A stretch of 64,000 nucleotides of DNA from Burkholderiales bacterium (GTDB lineage Bacteria; Pseudomonadota; Gammaproteobacteria; Burkholderiales; SG8-39): contig DASQGW010000203.1 of the NCBI GenBank assembly GCA_035632415.1, positions 1,176 through 65,175 of the forward strand, in the 5' to 3' direction. Every line of letters starts with the position of its first letter. Position 1 is the first letter of the stretch. Both the position numbers and the translations under genes were made by a program. The notes under the pieces are model-generated. The model was not told the DNA's origin. It saw nothing but the letters and a program-made list of their open reading frames with translations, and did not search any database. Below are positions 54,089 through 63,776 of this stretch, piece by piece.

Positions 54089-54784
54089 TCACGCTACCGT
54101 TCCGAACAGGGCGCCAACGCTTGCCGTCAGGGCCATGGCGAGTGCACCCCAGAACGTCACACGCATCGCGCCTACTTGCACGCTCGCGCCACCCGCGCGA
54201 GCAGCCAATCCGCCCAAGATTGCGAGGAATACCAACGAAGTTCCCGAGACCACCGGGATCAGACTCGACCCGTGGACTATGGCAGCAGCCACCAACGGCA
54301 TAGCTGCGCCAACGGCGAAGCTGGCCGCTGATGTAAACGCAGCTTGAACCGGGCGCGCGCTGAGCGTCTCGGAGATACCGAGTTCGTCGCGGGCATGCGC
54401 GCCCAGCGCGTCATGGGCCATGAGCTGCTCCGCAACCTGTTTCGCGAGCGCTGGATCGAGACCGCGGCCGACGTAGATCGCTGTCAGTTCTCGTTGCTCG
54501 CCTGGGTCGTCGGCTTTGAGTTCAGCGCGCTCTAGGCTGAGCGCGGCTTGTTCGGAATCTGCCTGTGAGCGCACCGACACGTACTCACCGGCAGCCATGG
54601 ACATCGCTCCCGCAACCAAGCCCGCGATCCCGGCGACAACCACGTTGCCGTGGGTCGCGTTCGCAGCCGCGACACCGAGCACTAGGCTCGCTGTCGAAAC
54701 GATGCCGTCGTTGGCACCCAATACCGCCGCGCGTAGCCAACCGATGCGATCGGTGCGATGCCGTTCCATGTGGCGTATTGCCAT
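54089..54784 (-). CDS. VIT1/CCC1-family iron/manganese transporter
   Basis: LRAAVLGANDGIVSTASLVLGVA and MAAGEYVSVRSQ. Confidence 0.85.
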   Translation of the reverse strand: MAIRHMERHRTDRIGWLRAAVLGANDGIVSTASLVLGVAAANATHGNVVVAGIAGLVAGAMSMAAGEYVSVRSQADSEQAALSLERAELKADDPGEQRELTAIYVGRGLDPALAKQVAEQLMAHDALGAHARDELGISETLSARPVQAAFTSAASFAVGAAMPLVAAAIVHGSSLIPVVSGTSLVFLAILGGLAARAGGASVQVGAMRVTFWGALAMALTASVGALFGTVA

Positions 54785-54969
54785 TCTCGGCGTTCTGTCG
54801 GGCGCCTAACGTCCGCTATAAATGGCCCGCAGTTGAAGAAGCCGCATGAATGTCGGCTTTGGGTCGGTAGCAGACATTAGTGTAGGTCCGGTAACAGCAG
54901 AAGCGGACATAGCAGCCTGGCTATAGAAATGTGTAGAAGACCCGAAATCCAGCCTCCAGATCAACGCGG

Positions 54970-55485
54970 TCAACGTCGCCGCGCTTTCTTCTTTCTCCGC
55001 TGATTCTTCTTCTTCGACGGCGACCAACCCTGCCCCAGGAAAATCGGTGCGGGAAGCTCGCCCAGGCCGCGGCATGCATCCTTAAAGGCAGTTATGTCCC
55101 CCGGCTGGGGCAACACACACTCCACGTGGATTTCAGCCGCTGCGACCGCGGTCCGTGGATTATTCCCGCCGCAGTCCCAACCGATCCAGATGAGCGACGC
55201 CACCTTGCTGCATTGATTCCCCTGACAGGTCACTTTGGGTATGAATGCAGCCGCGCGAGCAAGTGCGCCCATCGCGACTGGATTGGTCCAGGGGTTGCCG
55301 CCGGCGAACCCGGCGAAGCCCGCGCAGTTTGCGACGATAGCGATGTCAGCGGCGTAGATAACCAGAGTGCCGCCGGGACAGAGAAGCGGCGCCGGTGCTG
55401 GCGGCATAGGCCCATTGGCTGGCACCACGACATCGGGATTCTTGTACTGTCCGATCTCCGATTTGAAGCCCAGTGGATTTGGCAT
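54970..55485 (-). CDS. Hypothetical Cys-containing protein with a highly basic C-terminal tail
   Basis: ORF with upstream AGGGAGGAG. Ends SPSKKKNQRRKKKARRR. No recognised domain. Confidence 0.4.
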   Translation of the reverse strand: MPNPLGFKSEIGQYKNPDVVVPANGPMPPAPAPLLCPGGTLVIYAADIAIVANCAGFAGFAGGNPWTNPVAMGALARAAAFIPKVTCQGNQCSKVASLIWIGWDCGGNNPRTAVAAAEIHVECVLPQPGDITAFKDACRGLGELPAPIFLGQGWSPSKKKNQRRKKKARRR

Positions 55486-55513
55486 GATCTCCTCCCTTCA
55501 TCCCAATCAATCT

Positions 55514-55981
55514 TCAGATTTCTCCCTTCCAGTAGTCGACATTGCCCGACGCGGCCTCGGTCGAATGGCGCCATTTGCCGTCGTACGCGATGATCTTTCC
55601 CGAATCGGGGTACTCGCAGATCTCCGGATCCTTCATCGTGCTGACCGAGAGGAAAGCGAGGTCCGCATCGGAATCATTCACGATCTGGTGCGCCGTATCA
55701 GGGCCGCCCACGGGACAGCAGATGACATCGCCCGCCCGGAGCTTCCGGGTCTCTTTCCCATAGCGCAGCGTGCCGGTGCCGGAGACGACGAAGAACATTT
55801 CCTCCTGCGAGCGGTGACTGTGGAACGGGCAGCCGCGCTTGCCGGGCGGCAAGACGTCGTAGGAGTAGCCGAGATCGCGCGCGCCGAGAAGCGGCCCGAT
55901 GCGCGCGCCACGCCATTCGAACTTGTCGCCCCTCGAGTCGTGCTCGAGCTTGAGCTCGTCGAGGTTGATCACATTCTTCAA
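55514..55981 (-). CDS. Cupin-domain protein
   Basis: PFHSHRSQEEMFFVVSGTGTLRYG...AGDVICCPVGGPDTAHQIVN. TTG start after GGGGGT, just past the upstream stop. Confidence 0.7.
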   Translation of the reverse strand: MKNVINLDELKLEHDSRGDKFEWRGARIGPLLGARDLGYSYDVLPPGKRGCPFHSHRSQEEMFFVVSGTGTLRYGKETRKLRAGDVICCPVGGPDTAHQIVNDSDADLAFLSVSTMKDPEICEYPDSGKIIAYDGKWRHSTEAASGNVDYWKGEI

Positions 55982-55992
55982 GAGACCCCCGT

Positions 55993-56247
55993 TTAATCCT
56001 TCGGCCGCCAAGGCATCACGGTCGCGGCGTATACGAGCGACGGCATGAGCAAGATCGTCCACCACGCGACCAGGCCCTCCACGATGTTGCCCAACACACC
56101 GCCGAAGGTGAGGAAGCCGTGAAGTGAGCTGCCGAAGAGCACGAACGAGAGCAGTGCGAGGATTCCACCCAGCGGCACGAAGAGCGCGGTATTGACGATC
56201 GCGGCCATCACGAACATCTGCGGCAGCGAGCCGATGACGAAGCGCAT
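55993..56247 (-). CDS. Small membrane protein (84 aa)
   Basis: MRFVIGSLPQMFVMAAIVNTALFVPLGGILALLSFVLFG... Hydrophobic ORF only. Confidence 0.4.
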   Translation of the reverse strand: MRFVIGSLPQMFVMAAIVNTALFVPLGGILALLSFVLFGSSLHGFLTFGGVLGNIVEGLVAWWTILLMPSLVYAATVMPWRPKD

Positions 56248-56258
56248 TGCCCTGGCGG

Positions 56259-57023
56259 TCAGCGCGCCGGCATCGACTTCGCCATCCGCTCGACGATATC
56301 CGGCGGGACGAAGTTGACGAGCTCGGTCGTATCGGCCTCGACCAGCTCGACGTAGCGCTGCACGACTTCCTTCGGATCCATCTGGCCGACGGTGATGCGC
56401 TGTACGAGCTGGTCCATGACCGCGATGTCTTCCGGCGCGGCCTTTTTGCGGTTGAACCAGGGTCCCGGGTCGTTCGCCATGCGGTCGTTGAAGCCGGTCG
56501 CGTAAGGCCCGGGGTTGATCAGGCACACATCGACGCCGAACATCTTGAGTTCCGCGCGCAGCGCCGTGCCGAACGCCTGGATCGCATGCTTGGTCATGGT
56601 GTAAGGACCCGAGCCCACGCCGGCCCGCACGCCGCCGATGGAGGACGTGATGATGATCCGGCCGGCGCGGCGCTTGCGCATCGCCTGCGCGACGCGCTGC
56701 GTGACGGCGAAGGTGCCGAACACGTTGACCTCAAAAACGCCCCGTAGTCGCTTCAGCGGGATGAGCGACAAGGGCCCCGTTTGCCCCATCGCCGCGTTGG
56801 CGATGAAGACATCGGGCTTCAGCTTGTCGACCTTGGCGATGTCCTTGGCGTTGGTGATGTCCAGCTTGATCACGCTCAGCTTAGGCTCCGCCTTCTTCAG
56901 CTCGCGCGCCTGCTGGTCGTTCAGCACTGCGGCGATCACCTTGTGGCCGCGCTTCGCGAGCTCGATGGCGGCGCCGCGGCCGAAGCCGCTGCCGGCGCCG
57001 GTGATCAGTACGGTCTTGGGCAT
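56259..57023 (-). CDS. Short-chain dehydrogenase/reductase
   Basis: TVLITGAGSGFGRG and YTMTKHA (YxxxK). Confidence 0.85.
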   Translation of the reverse strand: MPKTVLITGAGSGFGRGAAIELAKRGHKVIAAVLNDQQARELKKAEPKLSVIKLDITNAKDIAKVDKLKPDVFIANAAMGQTGPLSLIPLKRLRGVFEVNVFGTFAVTQRVAQAMRKRRAGRIIITSSIGGVRAGVGSGPYTMTKHAIQAFGTALRAELKMFGVDVCLINPGPYATGFNDRMANDPGPWFNRKKAAPEDIAVMDQLVQRITVGQMDPKEVVQRYVELVEADTTELVNFVPPDIVERMAKSMPAR

Positions 57024-57031
57024 TTCCTCTC

Positions 57032-57475
57032 CTAGGTACGCTTCAGTAGAGACAAGAGCAGGGCCACGATCATCACGGCGAGGATGACGAGGTTCACGAC
57101 GGTGCCGGAACTCACGCTGCGCTCGATCGGCATGAGCATCACGATGGCCCTGCGCCCGAGGGATTCGACGATCAGCAGCGCAAGCATGAGGGGCACCATG
57201 GCGCGATAGCGAGCGAGCACCACGATGCAGATCACGCCCAGCACGATATGGAGCCATCCGAGCAGCGCGAAGAGCGACACGATGGCCTGTGCGGCAGCGG
57301 CCGGATACGTATCCAACGGAATCCCGTCTGCCTTGCTCGCCGCCTGGTAGGGGTTGAAGACCGACCCGAAGCCGATCGCGAGCTTGGCGAGCACCGCCAG
57401 CCCGAATAGCCAGAGGGCCAGCTTGTGCCCGCGATAGGTGTTGTCGACGCGTGCCGGAAGCAGCAGCTCGAGCAT
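57032..57475 (-). CDS. Integral membrane protein (4 TM), unknown function
   Basis: Hydrophobic ORF upstream of the SDR gene. Confidence 0.5.
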   Translation of the reverse strand: MLELLLPARVDNTYRGHKLALWLFGLAVLAKLAIGFGSVFNPYQAASKADGIPLDTYPAAAAQAIVSLFALLGWLHIVLGVICIVVLARYRAMVPLMLALLIVESLGRRAIVMLMPIERSVSSGTVVNLVILAVMIVALLLSLLKRT

Positions 57476-57500
57476 GGTTACCTCCGTCCTATTTGCCCAC

Positions 57501-58805
57501 CTAGTCGGGCAGCGGCTTGCCGCGCGTCTCCGGCAGGAAAGGCGCGCTCAAGAGGCCAAGCACGTAGATGGTCGCCATGATCATGGCGGCATTGCTGAAG
57601 CCGCCGAAGTTCGCCACCAGCGTCCCGGCGATGATCGGCCCCAGCCAGGCGATGAAGCGCGGGCTGTTGAAGACGAACGCCGCGCCGGTCGCCCGCATGC
57701 GCGTCGGGAAGAGCTCCGGCAGCCAGACCGGCATCCACGAGTAGAGGCCCAGGCTGAAGAACCCGTTCACGCCGGCCACCACGAGCAGGAGCGAGAGGTC
57801 GTGCGTCCACAGGAAGACGAGCGGCGTCGTTAAGAAAGCGAGCACGATGTAGACGATCGTCACGGGCTTGCGGCCGTAGAGGTCGGCGAAAAAACCGAGA
57901 CCGATGTAGCCGAGGATCGCGCCGATGTTGTAGGCCATGCCGGCATAGCTCGCCCATTGCGGCCCCGGCAGGCCGGCCTTCGCCGCGACTGAGGCCACAT
58001 ACGGCGGCAGCCACGCCGAGATCCCCCACCAGGTGAGCGTCGTGGTGAGCGAAAGGAGGAACGCGAAGAACACCCTGCGGCTCACCTCGGGTTCGGCGAA
58101 GAGCTCGACCAGCGTGAAGCGCGTGCGCTCGTGGCGCTCATGCGCGGCGCGGCGCTCCGCGGCGGCCTGCTCCCACTTCGGCGACTCGGGGATGCCGCTG
58201 CGGATCCACAGCGTGAAGAAGCCCGGCAGCACGCCGATGAAATACATGTAGCGCCAGGCATCGGCGCCCATCGTGCCGACGAAGAGCCAGACGAGCGAGG
58301 CGACGAAGAAGCCGATGCCGAGACCGCACTGCATGAGGCCGGCGCCCTTGCCGCGCGCCCGGTCGGGCCAGAGCTCCGCGACGATCGAGGCACCGGTCGC
58401 CCATTCCGAGCCGATCGCGATGCCGACGAGGAGCCGCGCAGCGGCGAACGACTCCCAGTTCCACGCGAAGGCCGAAAGACCCGTCATCAGCGAATAGGCG
58501 AGGATCGCGAACATCATCGTGCGCTTGCGGCCGATGTAGTCGGCGAGGATGCCGCCCAGCATGCCGCCGATCCCCCAGCCGAGGAGCGTGAGGCCGATGA
58601 CGATGCCGGCGTACTTCGGGATCGCCGCGTACTGCGACGGGTCGAGCAGCTGGTGCAGCGCCGCGCCGATCGTGAGGATCAAGGCATAAGTCTCGTAGCC
58701 GTCGAACATCCAGCCGAGATTCGACGCGAAAAGCGTGTTCCATTGGCTGCGGTTCAGCGTGGAGTACCACGGACGCGAAGCATCTGCTGCAGCAACGTCT
58801 GCCAT
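57501..58805 (-). CDS. MFS transporter (sugar-porter/aromatic-acid type)
   Basis: GWMFDGYE, GILADYIGRKRTM, 12-TM layout. Confidence 0.85.
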   Translation of the reverse strand: MADVAAADASRPWYSTLNRSQWNTLFASNLGWMFDGYETYALILTIGAALHQLLDPSQYAAIPKYAGIVIGLTLLGWGIGGMLGGILADYIGRKRTMMFAILAYSLMTGLSAFAWNWESFAAARLLVGIAIGSEWATGASIVAELWPDRARGKGAGLMQCGLGIGFFVASLVWLFVGTMGADAWRYMYFIGVLPGFFTLWIRSGIPESPKWEQAAAERRAAHERHERTRFTLVELFAEPEVSRRVFFAFLLSLTTTLTWWGISAWLPPYVASVAAKAGLPGPQWASYAGMAYNIGAILGYIGLGFFADLYGRKPVTIVYIVLAFLTTPLVFLWTHDLSLLLVVAGVNGFFSLGLYSWMPVWLPELFPTRMRATGAAFVFNSPRFIAWLGPIIAGTLVANFGGFSNAAMIMATIYVLGLLSAPFLPETRGKPLPD

Positions 58806-58893
58806 ACGGTCTCCTCCTCTAGAGAACGCGAACTATAGCCCTCTCTTGACCCAGATCAAGCGCTCTCGCGCCGAGGCGCCTACGGTTTGCCCT

Positions 58894-59343
58894 ATGAAAT
58901 CCGAAGACTTGCTGATGCGCGCATACCGGCAGCAGTTCGAGTTCGCCGCGGGCCTGATCCAATCCCTGACCGAGGGATCGCAAAAGCTCCAGGAGGCAAA
59001 CCTGAAGGCGGCCACTGAAGCGTCCGCGAGCTTCACGACTGCACAGAAGCAGATCGCGCAGAGCGCCGATCCGAGCGAGATCTGGCGCATCCAGACCGGG
59101 TGGGCGTCCCAGAACATCGAAAAGGCAATGGCCTATTGGCGGGAGCTCACCGATATCGCGCTTGGCGCGCAGTCCGCGATCGCCAAGCGCCTGGCGGAAG
59201 ACCTGCAGCGCATCGATCCGGAGACCACGGTCATCGAGACGCGCGACAACGTGGTGGAAATGATGGAGCGCGCGTACAAGCAGTGGCTGGAGACGACGCG
59301 CCGCATTGCAGCCGCACCCAAAGAACCCGCTCACCCCCTGTAG
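58894..59343 (+). CDS. Phasin-family (PHA granule-associated) protein
   Basis: All-helical, with the pattern ...QQFEFAAGLIQSLTEGSQKLQEANLKAA...WASQNIEKAMAYWREL... Confidence 0.55.
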   Translation: MKSEDLLMRAYRQQFEFAAGLIQSLTEGSQKLQEANLKAATEASASFTTAQKQIAQSADPSEIWRIQTGWASQNIEKAMAYWRELTDIALGAQSAIAKRLAEDLQRIDPETTVIETRDNVVEMMERAYKQWLETTRRIAAAPKEPAHPL

Positions 59344-60968
59344 ACGACGGCAGCCAGCGTGTTCTGGTCGATGACGACATCGACCACCGCAGGTAAACCG
59401 CTCGCCAGCGCGCGTTTCAAAGCCGGGCCGAGCTGCGAAGCATCCACCACGCGCTCGCCATGGGCGCCGAATACCCGCGCAAGCGCGCCGAAGTCCACAT
59501 CGCCGTAATCGACGCCGAAGAGCCGCCCGCCATAGAGCTCCTTCTGGAAAGCGCGCTCGTTGCCGAGCCCGCGATCGTTATAGACCACACAGACCACCGG
59601 GATGCGCTCGCGCACCGCAGTCTCCAGCTCGCCGATATTGCACATCATCCCCATGTCGCCGACCGCGGCCATTACCGGTTGCTTCGGCCGCGCGAGCTTC
59701 GCGCCCATCGCGATCGGCAATCCCGCGCCGACGGAGCCCCAGTCGCTGATGTACATGAAGGTGTCGGGCTGGTGCGTGTCCATGAAGACGCGCATGTGCT
59801 TGCCGGCGTTGCCCGCGTCGACGACCATGATCCCGTCCGGCGGCAGCGCTTCGCGCATCGCGTGCGCCACGACGGGAGGGAGGATCGGCCGGGCGTTGTA
59901 GTCGACGAGGCGCTTGCGCTCGGCATCCCAGTCAGCGCGCAACTTGCTGACGCTGGTCCATTCCCACTTTGACTTTAGCCGCTGGCGCAGCCCCTCGATG
60001 AAGCTCGACGTCGAGCCAACGACCGCCCGCGCGACCGGGAAGACGACGCCGATGTCGGTCGCGACGGGGCTGTGGTGAATCAGCTTCGCCTCGCGGCTGA
60101 TGATGCCGTACTTGAAGGTCGTGGAGAAGAGATCGATATGCGCGCCGAGCGCGATGACGACGTCGGCCTCAGGCACCGCGCGATTCGCGCTCGAATAGCC
60201 GTTGCGGCCCAATGGACCCAGCGCAAGCGCGTGGCGGGTGGGAAAGGCGTCCGGGTGGTATTGCAGCGTCGCCACCGGGATGCCAGTCGCTTCCGCGAGG
60301 GCCTGCAAGGCCGGGAGTGCGTGTTCGCGCAGAACGCCGCCGCCGGCAAGCAGCACGGGACGCTTCGCACCGGCAATCAATTCCGCTGCGCGGTCCAGGT
60401 CGACAGCTGAGCATGCGGCGAGCGTGGTGGGCCGGTACGCGCTGGGCGCGATCGGCTCCGGGTCGCAATGCTCGAGCAGGAGCTCCTTGGATACATCGAG
60501 GTGCACCGGGCCGAGCGGCTCGGCGAGCGCGACACGAAACGCCTTGCGCACCGCCTCCTGGATCTTGGCGACCGTCGGGATGGAGTAGGCCCACTTCGTG
60601 ATCGGCCGGGAGAACGTGACCTGGTCGATGTCCTGGCTCGCATCCTTCTCGCGCACCCAGAGCTCCTGCGCGCCGCTGATGCTCAAGATCGGGACGTAGC
60701 CCTTGTAGGCAGCGCCGATGCCGGTGGCGAGGTTGGTGACGCCGGGACCTTCGGTGGCGGTGACGACCGAGGGGCGGTGCAGCGCGCGCGAATAGCCGTA
60801 GGCCATGAAGGCCGCGCCCTGCTCGTGGCGCGTGAGCACGAAGCGGATCTCGGGCGTCGCGCGCAGCACGTCGAGGATCGGCAGGTTCATCGTGCCCGGG
60901 ATGCCGAACACGTGGTCGACGCCCTCGCGGCGAAGGCAATCGACGACCGCCTGCGCGCCCGTGATCAT
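59331..60968 (-). CDS. Thiamine-diphosphate-dependent enzyme (acetolactate-synthase/benzoylformate-decarboxylase family)
   Basis: GVDHVFGIPG, RHEQGAAFMAYGY, GDMGMMCNIGELETA ... NDRGLGNE (ThDP-binding GDG-x-N motif). Confidence 0.85.
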   Translation of the reverse strand: MITGAQAVVDCLRREGVDHVFGIPGTMNLPILDVLRATPEIRFVLTRHEQGAAFMAYGYSRALHRPSVVTATEGPGVTNLATGIGAAYKGYVPILSISGAQELWVREKDASQDIDQVTFSRPITKWAYSIPTVAKIQEAVRKAFRVALAEPLGPVHLDVSKELLLEHCDPEPIAPSAYRPTTLAACSAVDLDRAAELIAGAKRPVLLAGGGVLREHALPALQALAEATGIPVATLQYHPDAFPTRHALALGPLGRNGYSSANRAVPEADVVIALGAHIDLFSTTFKYGIISREAKLIHHSPVATDIGVVFPVARAVVGSTSSFIEGLRQRLKSKWEWTSVSKLRADWDAERKRLVDYNARPILPPVVAHAMREALPPDGIMVVDAGNAGKHMRVFMDTHQPDTFMYISDWGSVGAGLPIAMGAKLARPKQPVMAAVGDMGMMCNIGELETAVRERIPVVCVVYNDRGLGNERAFQKELYGGRLFGVDYGDVDFGALARVFGAHGERVVDASQLGPALKRALASGLPAVVDVVIDQNTLAAVVYRG

Positions 60969-61049
60969 GGAAACCTCCCGGCCACGATTGTTACACGGGG
61001 TCAGGTCTTGAATTGCAGCAAGCGATGCGCTGATTCAAGATCTGGCCCC

Positions 61050-61610
61050 ATGAAGGCTGTCTTACGCTGCGCCTGGGCCACGACGCCGCTCGGCATCGCC
61101 TACCACGACAAGGAATGGGGCGCTCCGGTGCACGACGACCGCGTGCTGTTCGAATTGCTCCTGCTCGAAGGTGCGCAGGCTGGGCTGAGCTGGGAAACGA
61201 TCCTGCGCAAGCGCGAGGCCTATCGCGAGGCATTCGCCGGCTTCGATCCACGCAAGGTGGCCCGCTTTACCGCTGCCGACGAGCATCGGCTGATGAAGGA
61301 TGAACGCATCGTCCGCAACCGGCTGAAGATCGCAGCCGCCGTCACGAACGCAAAGGCGTTCCTTGCGGTGCAGAAGGAGTTCGGCAGCTTCGACGCCTAT
61401 GTCTGGCGCTTCGTCGGCGGCAAGCCGATCGTGCACCGCCGCCGCGGCGGCGACATCCCGGCGAAGACGAAGGAGTCCGACGCGCTCAGCAAGGATCTCC
61501 TGCGCCGCGGCTTCAAGTTCGTCGGCTCGACCATCTGCTACGCCTACATGCAGGCCGTGGGCATGGTCGACGATCACACGGTAAGCTGCTTCCGAAGCAA
61601 ACGGCCATGA
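61050..61610 (+). CDS. tag: DNA-3-methyladenine glycosylase I
   Basis: CAWATTPLGIAYHDKEWGAPVHDD, LEGAQAGLSWETIL, MQAVGMVDDH. Confidence 0.88.
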   Translation: MKAVLRCAWATTPLGIAYHDKEWGAPVHDDRVLFELLLLEGAQAGLSWETILRKREAYREAFAGFDPRKVARFTAADEHRLMKDERIVRNRLKIAAAVTNAKAFLAVQKEFGSFDAYVWRFVGGKPIVHRRRGGDIPAKTKESDALSKDLLRRGFKFVGSTICYAYMQAVGMVDDHTVSCFRSKRP

Positions 61611-62191
61611 CCAAAGGGAGACTCGAAGCATTCACCGACGGCGTGCTCGCCGTGATCATCACCATCATGGTGCTGGAGCTGAAGGTGCCGCACGGCGCCG
61701 AGGTCGCCGCGCTCGTGCCGCTCGCCGCGACCTTCCTCTCCTACGTGCTCTCCTTCGTGATGATTGCGATCTACTGGAACAACCATCATCACCTGTTCCA
61801 CGCCGTGCACCATGTCACCGGCGGCACGCTATGGGCGAACCTGCACCTTCTCTTCTGGCTGTCGCTGATACCCTTCACGACAGGCTGGATGGACGAGAAC
61901 CACTACGCGCCCCTGACCGTCGCCGCTTACGGCGTGGTGTTGCTCTGCGCCGGAGGCGCCTACTTCGTATTGACGCACGTGCTGCTTGCGAGCCATCCGC
62001 GCGACTCGTTGTTGCACAAGGCGCTCGGCACCGATTTCAAGGGCAAGATCTCGGTCGTGATCTACGCGGTCGCGATCGTGCTCGCCTTCGCGCTGACCTG
62101 GGCCGCGCTCGCCCTCTACGTGGCCGTCGCGCTGATGTGGCTCGTGCCGGATACGCGCTTCGAGCGCCTGCTGGCCGAGCACAAGCCATGA
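61607..62191 (+). CDS. TMEM175-family (DUF1211) potassium channel
   Basis: RLEAFTDGVLAVIITIMVLEL signature helix, 6 TM. ATGA overlap with tag. Confidence 0.75.
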   Translation: MTKGRLEAFTDGVLAVIITIMVLELKVPHGAEVAALVPLAATFLSYVLSFVMIAIYWNNHHHLFHAVHHVTGGTLWANLHLLFWLSLIPFTTGWMDENHYAPLTVAAYGVVLLCAGGAYFVLTHVLLASHPRDSLLHKALGTDFKGKISVVIYAVAIVLAFALTWAALALYVAVALMWLVPDTRFERLLAEHKP

Positions 62192-62901
62192 AGCTCGCCT
62201 GGCTGCTGCTCGCCTGGAGCGTAGGTTGCTTCGCCCAGGCGCCGACCCAGGTCCCCAAAGTGTTCGTGACGACGATCCAGCCGAGCCTCAAGCCCCAGCA
62301 CGCGCTGCAGTTCGACGGCACCGCGCTCGTCTATACGATCCGCTTCGGCGCGCAGGTCGAGACGCAGAAGATCACGCCCACTCCCGCGCAATGGGCGGCC
62401 TTTCGCCATGCGCTCGACGAGCTGAAGGTCTGGCGCTGGCGCGCGAGCTACACCGAGAGCCGCGTGCCGGATTCGACGACCTGGTCGCTCAAGGTGGAAT
62501 ACGCCGACCGCTCCGTCGCTTCGGCGGGCACGGCGGCCTTTCCCGACCGCTCGACCGACCGGACGCTGCCGCGGTACGCCTTCAACCGCTACCAGCTCGC
62601 CGTGCAGGAGCTGATCGGGCGCCCGTTCGGGCGAGGCGTGAAGTCGATCGAGGTCTTCGACGTGAGGGAATTGCACCTGGTCGGAACCCATGCGTCGAAG
62701 GACGAGGCGGAGGAATGGGCCGACTTCCGCGATCCCAAGGGCAAGGTGCACCGCGTGGCGCTGCACGAGCCCGTCGGCGCCCGCGGCACGCTGCAGAAGG
62801 TGCATCGCTCGTCCGTAACGGTGTCCGTGATGTCGCGCGACGCCAAGGGCGAGTGGAAGCCGCAGGAAAAGACGCTCCCGCTCACGCCGGCGAAGAAATG
62901 A
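62188..62901 (+). CDS. Secreted hypothetical protein
   Basis: Signal MKLAWLLLAWSVGCFA. ATGA overlaps on both sides. Confidence 0.5.
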   Translation: MKLAWLLLAWSVGCFAQAPTQVPKVFVTTIQPSLKPQHALQFDGTALVYTIRFGAQVETQKITPTPAQWAAFRHALDELKVWRWRASYTESRVPDSTTWSLKVEYADRSVASAGTAAFPDRSTDRTLPRYAFNRYQLAVQELIGRPFGRGVKSIEVFDVRELHLVGTHASKDEAEEWADFRDPKGKVHRVALHEPVGARGTLQKVHRSSVTVSVMSRDAKGEWKPQEKTLPLTPAKK

Positions 62902-63773
62902 TCGCGATCGCGATCCACGGCGGCGCCGGCGCCATGCCGCGCAAGAAGATGACCCCGGCAGCCAGCCGCCGCTACAAGACCGCGCTACTGCAAGCGCTCG
63001 AGGCAGGCTATGCGGTGCTCAAGCACGGAGCCGCGATGGATGCGGTCTGCGCGGCCGTGGTCGAGCTCGAGGATTCGCCGCTCTTCAATGCGGGCCACGG
63101 CGCTTGCTACAACACGGACGAGAAGCATGAGCTCGACGCGTCGGTGATGGACGGCGCGACGCTGCGCGCCGGCGCCGTGGCGGCCGTCAGCCGGATCCGC
63201 AATCCCGTGCTTGCGGCACGTGCGGTCATGGATCGAAGCCGGCACGTGCTGCTCGTCGGGCGCGGCGCCGAGCGATTCGCCGGCAAGCACGGTGTCGTCC
63301 TCGTGCCCGAGGATTATTTCTCGACGAAGGAGCGGCTCGTCGCGCTACGCAAGAAGCTCGAGGGCCATCACGGCACGGTGGGCGCGGTGGCGCTCGATGC
63401 CGGCGGCAATCTCGCCGCCGCCACCTCGACCGGCGGCTACACCGGCAAGCTGCCGGGCCGCGTCGGGGATTCCCCGATCATCGGTGCCGGCAATTACGCC
63501 GACAACGAATCGTGCGCGGTCTCCGGCACGGGACTCGGCGAAGCCTTCATCCGCGGCGTGCTCTCCTACGACGTCGCTGCGCGCATGAAGTACCTCCACG
63601 AGCCGCTTGCCCGCGCCGCGGACGCGGCGATGAAAAAGCTCTCGGCCCTGAAAGGCGACGGCGGCCTGATCGCGCTCGACCGGCGCGGCAACATCGTCAT
63701 GCCGTTCAACAGCGAAGGGATGTACCGGGGAGCGGTCGACCGCAAAGGCAAGCGGACCGTCGGAATCTACTGA
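62898..63773 (+). CDS. Isoaspartyl peptidase / L-asparaginase (Ntn hydrolase)
   Basis: IAIHGGAG, SPLFNAGHG, nucleophile region HGTVGAVALD, GDSPIIGAG. Confidence 0.88.
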   Translation: MIAIAIHGGAGAMPRKKMTPAASRRYKTALLQALEAGYAVLKHGAAMDAVCAAVVELEDSPLFNAGHGACYNTDEKHELDASVMDGATLRAGAVAAVSRIRNPVLAARAVMDRSRHVLLVGRGAERFAGKHGVVLVPEDYFSTKERLVALRKKLEGHHGTVGAVALDAGGNLAAATSTGGYTGKLPGRVGDSPIIGAGNYADNESCAVSGTGLGEAFIRGVLSYDVAARMKYLHEPLARAADAAMKKLSALKGDGGLIALDRRGNIVMPFNSEGMYRGAVDRKGKRTVGIY

Positions 63774-63776
63774 GCG

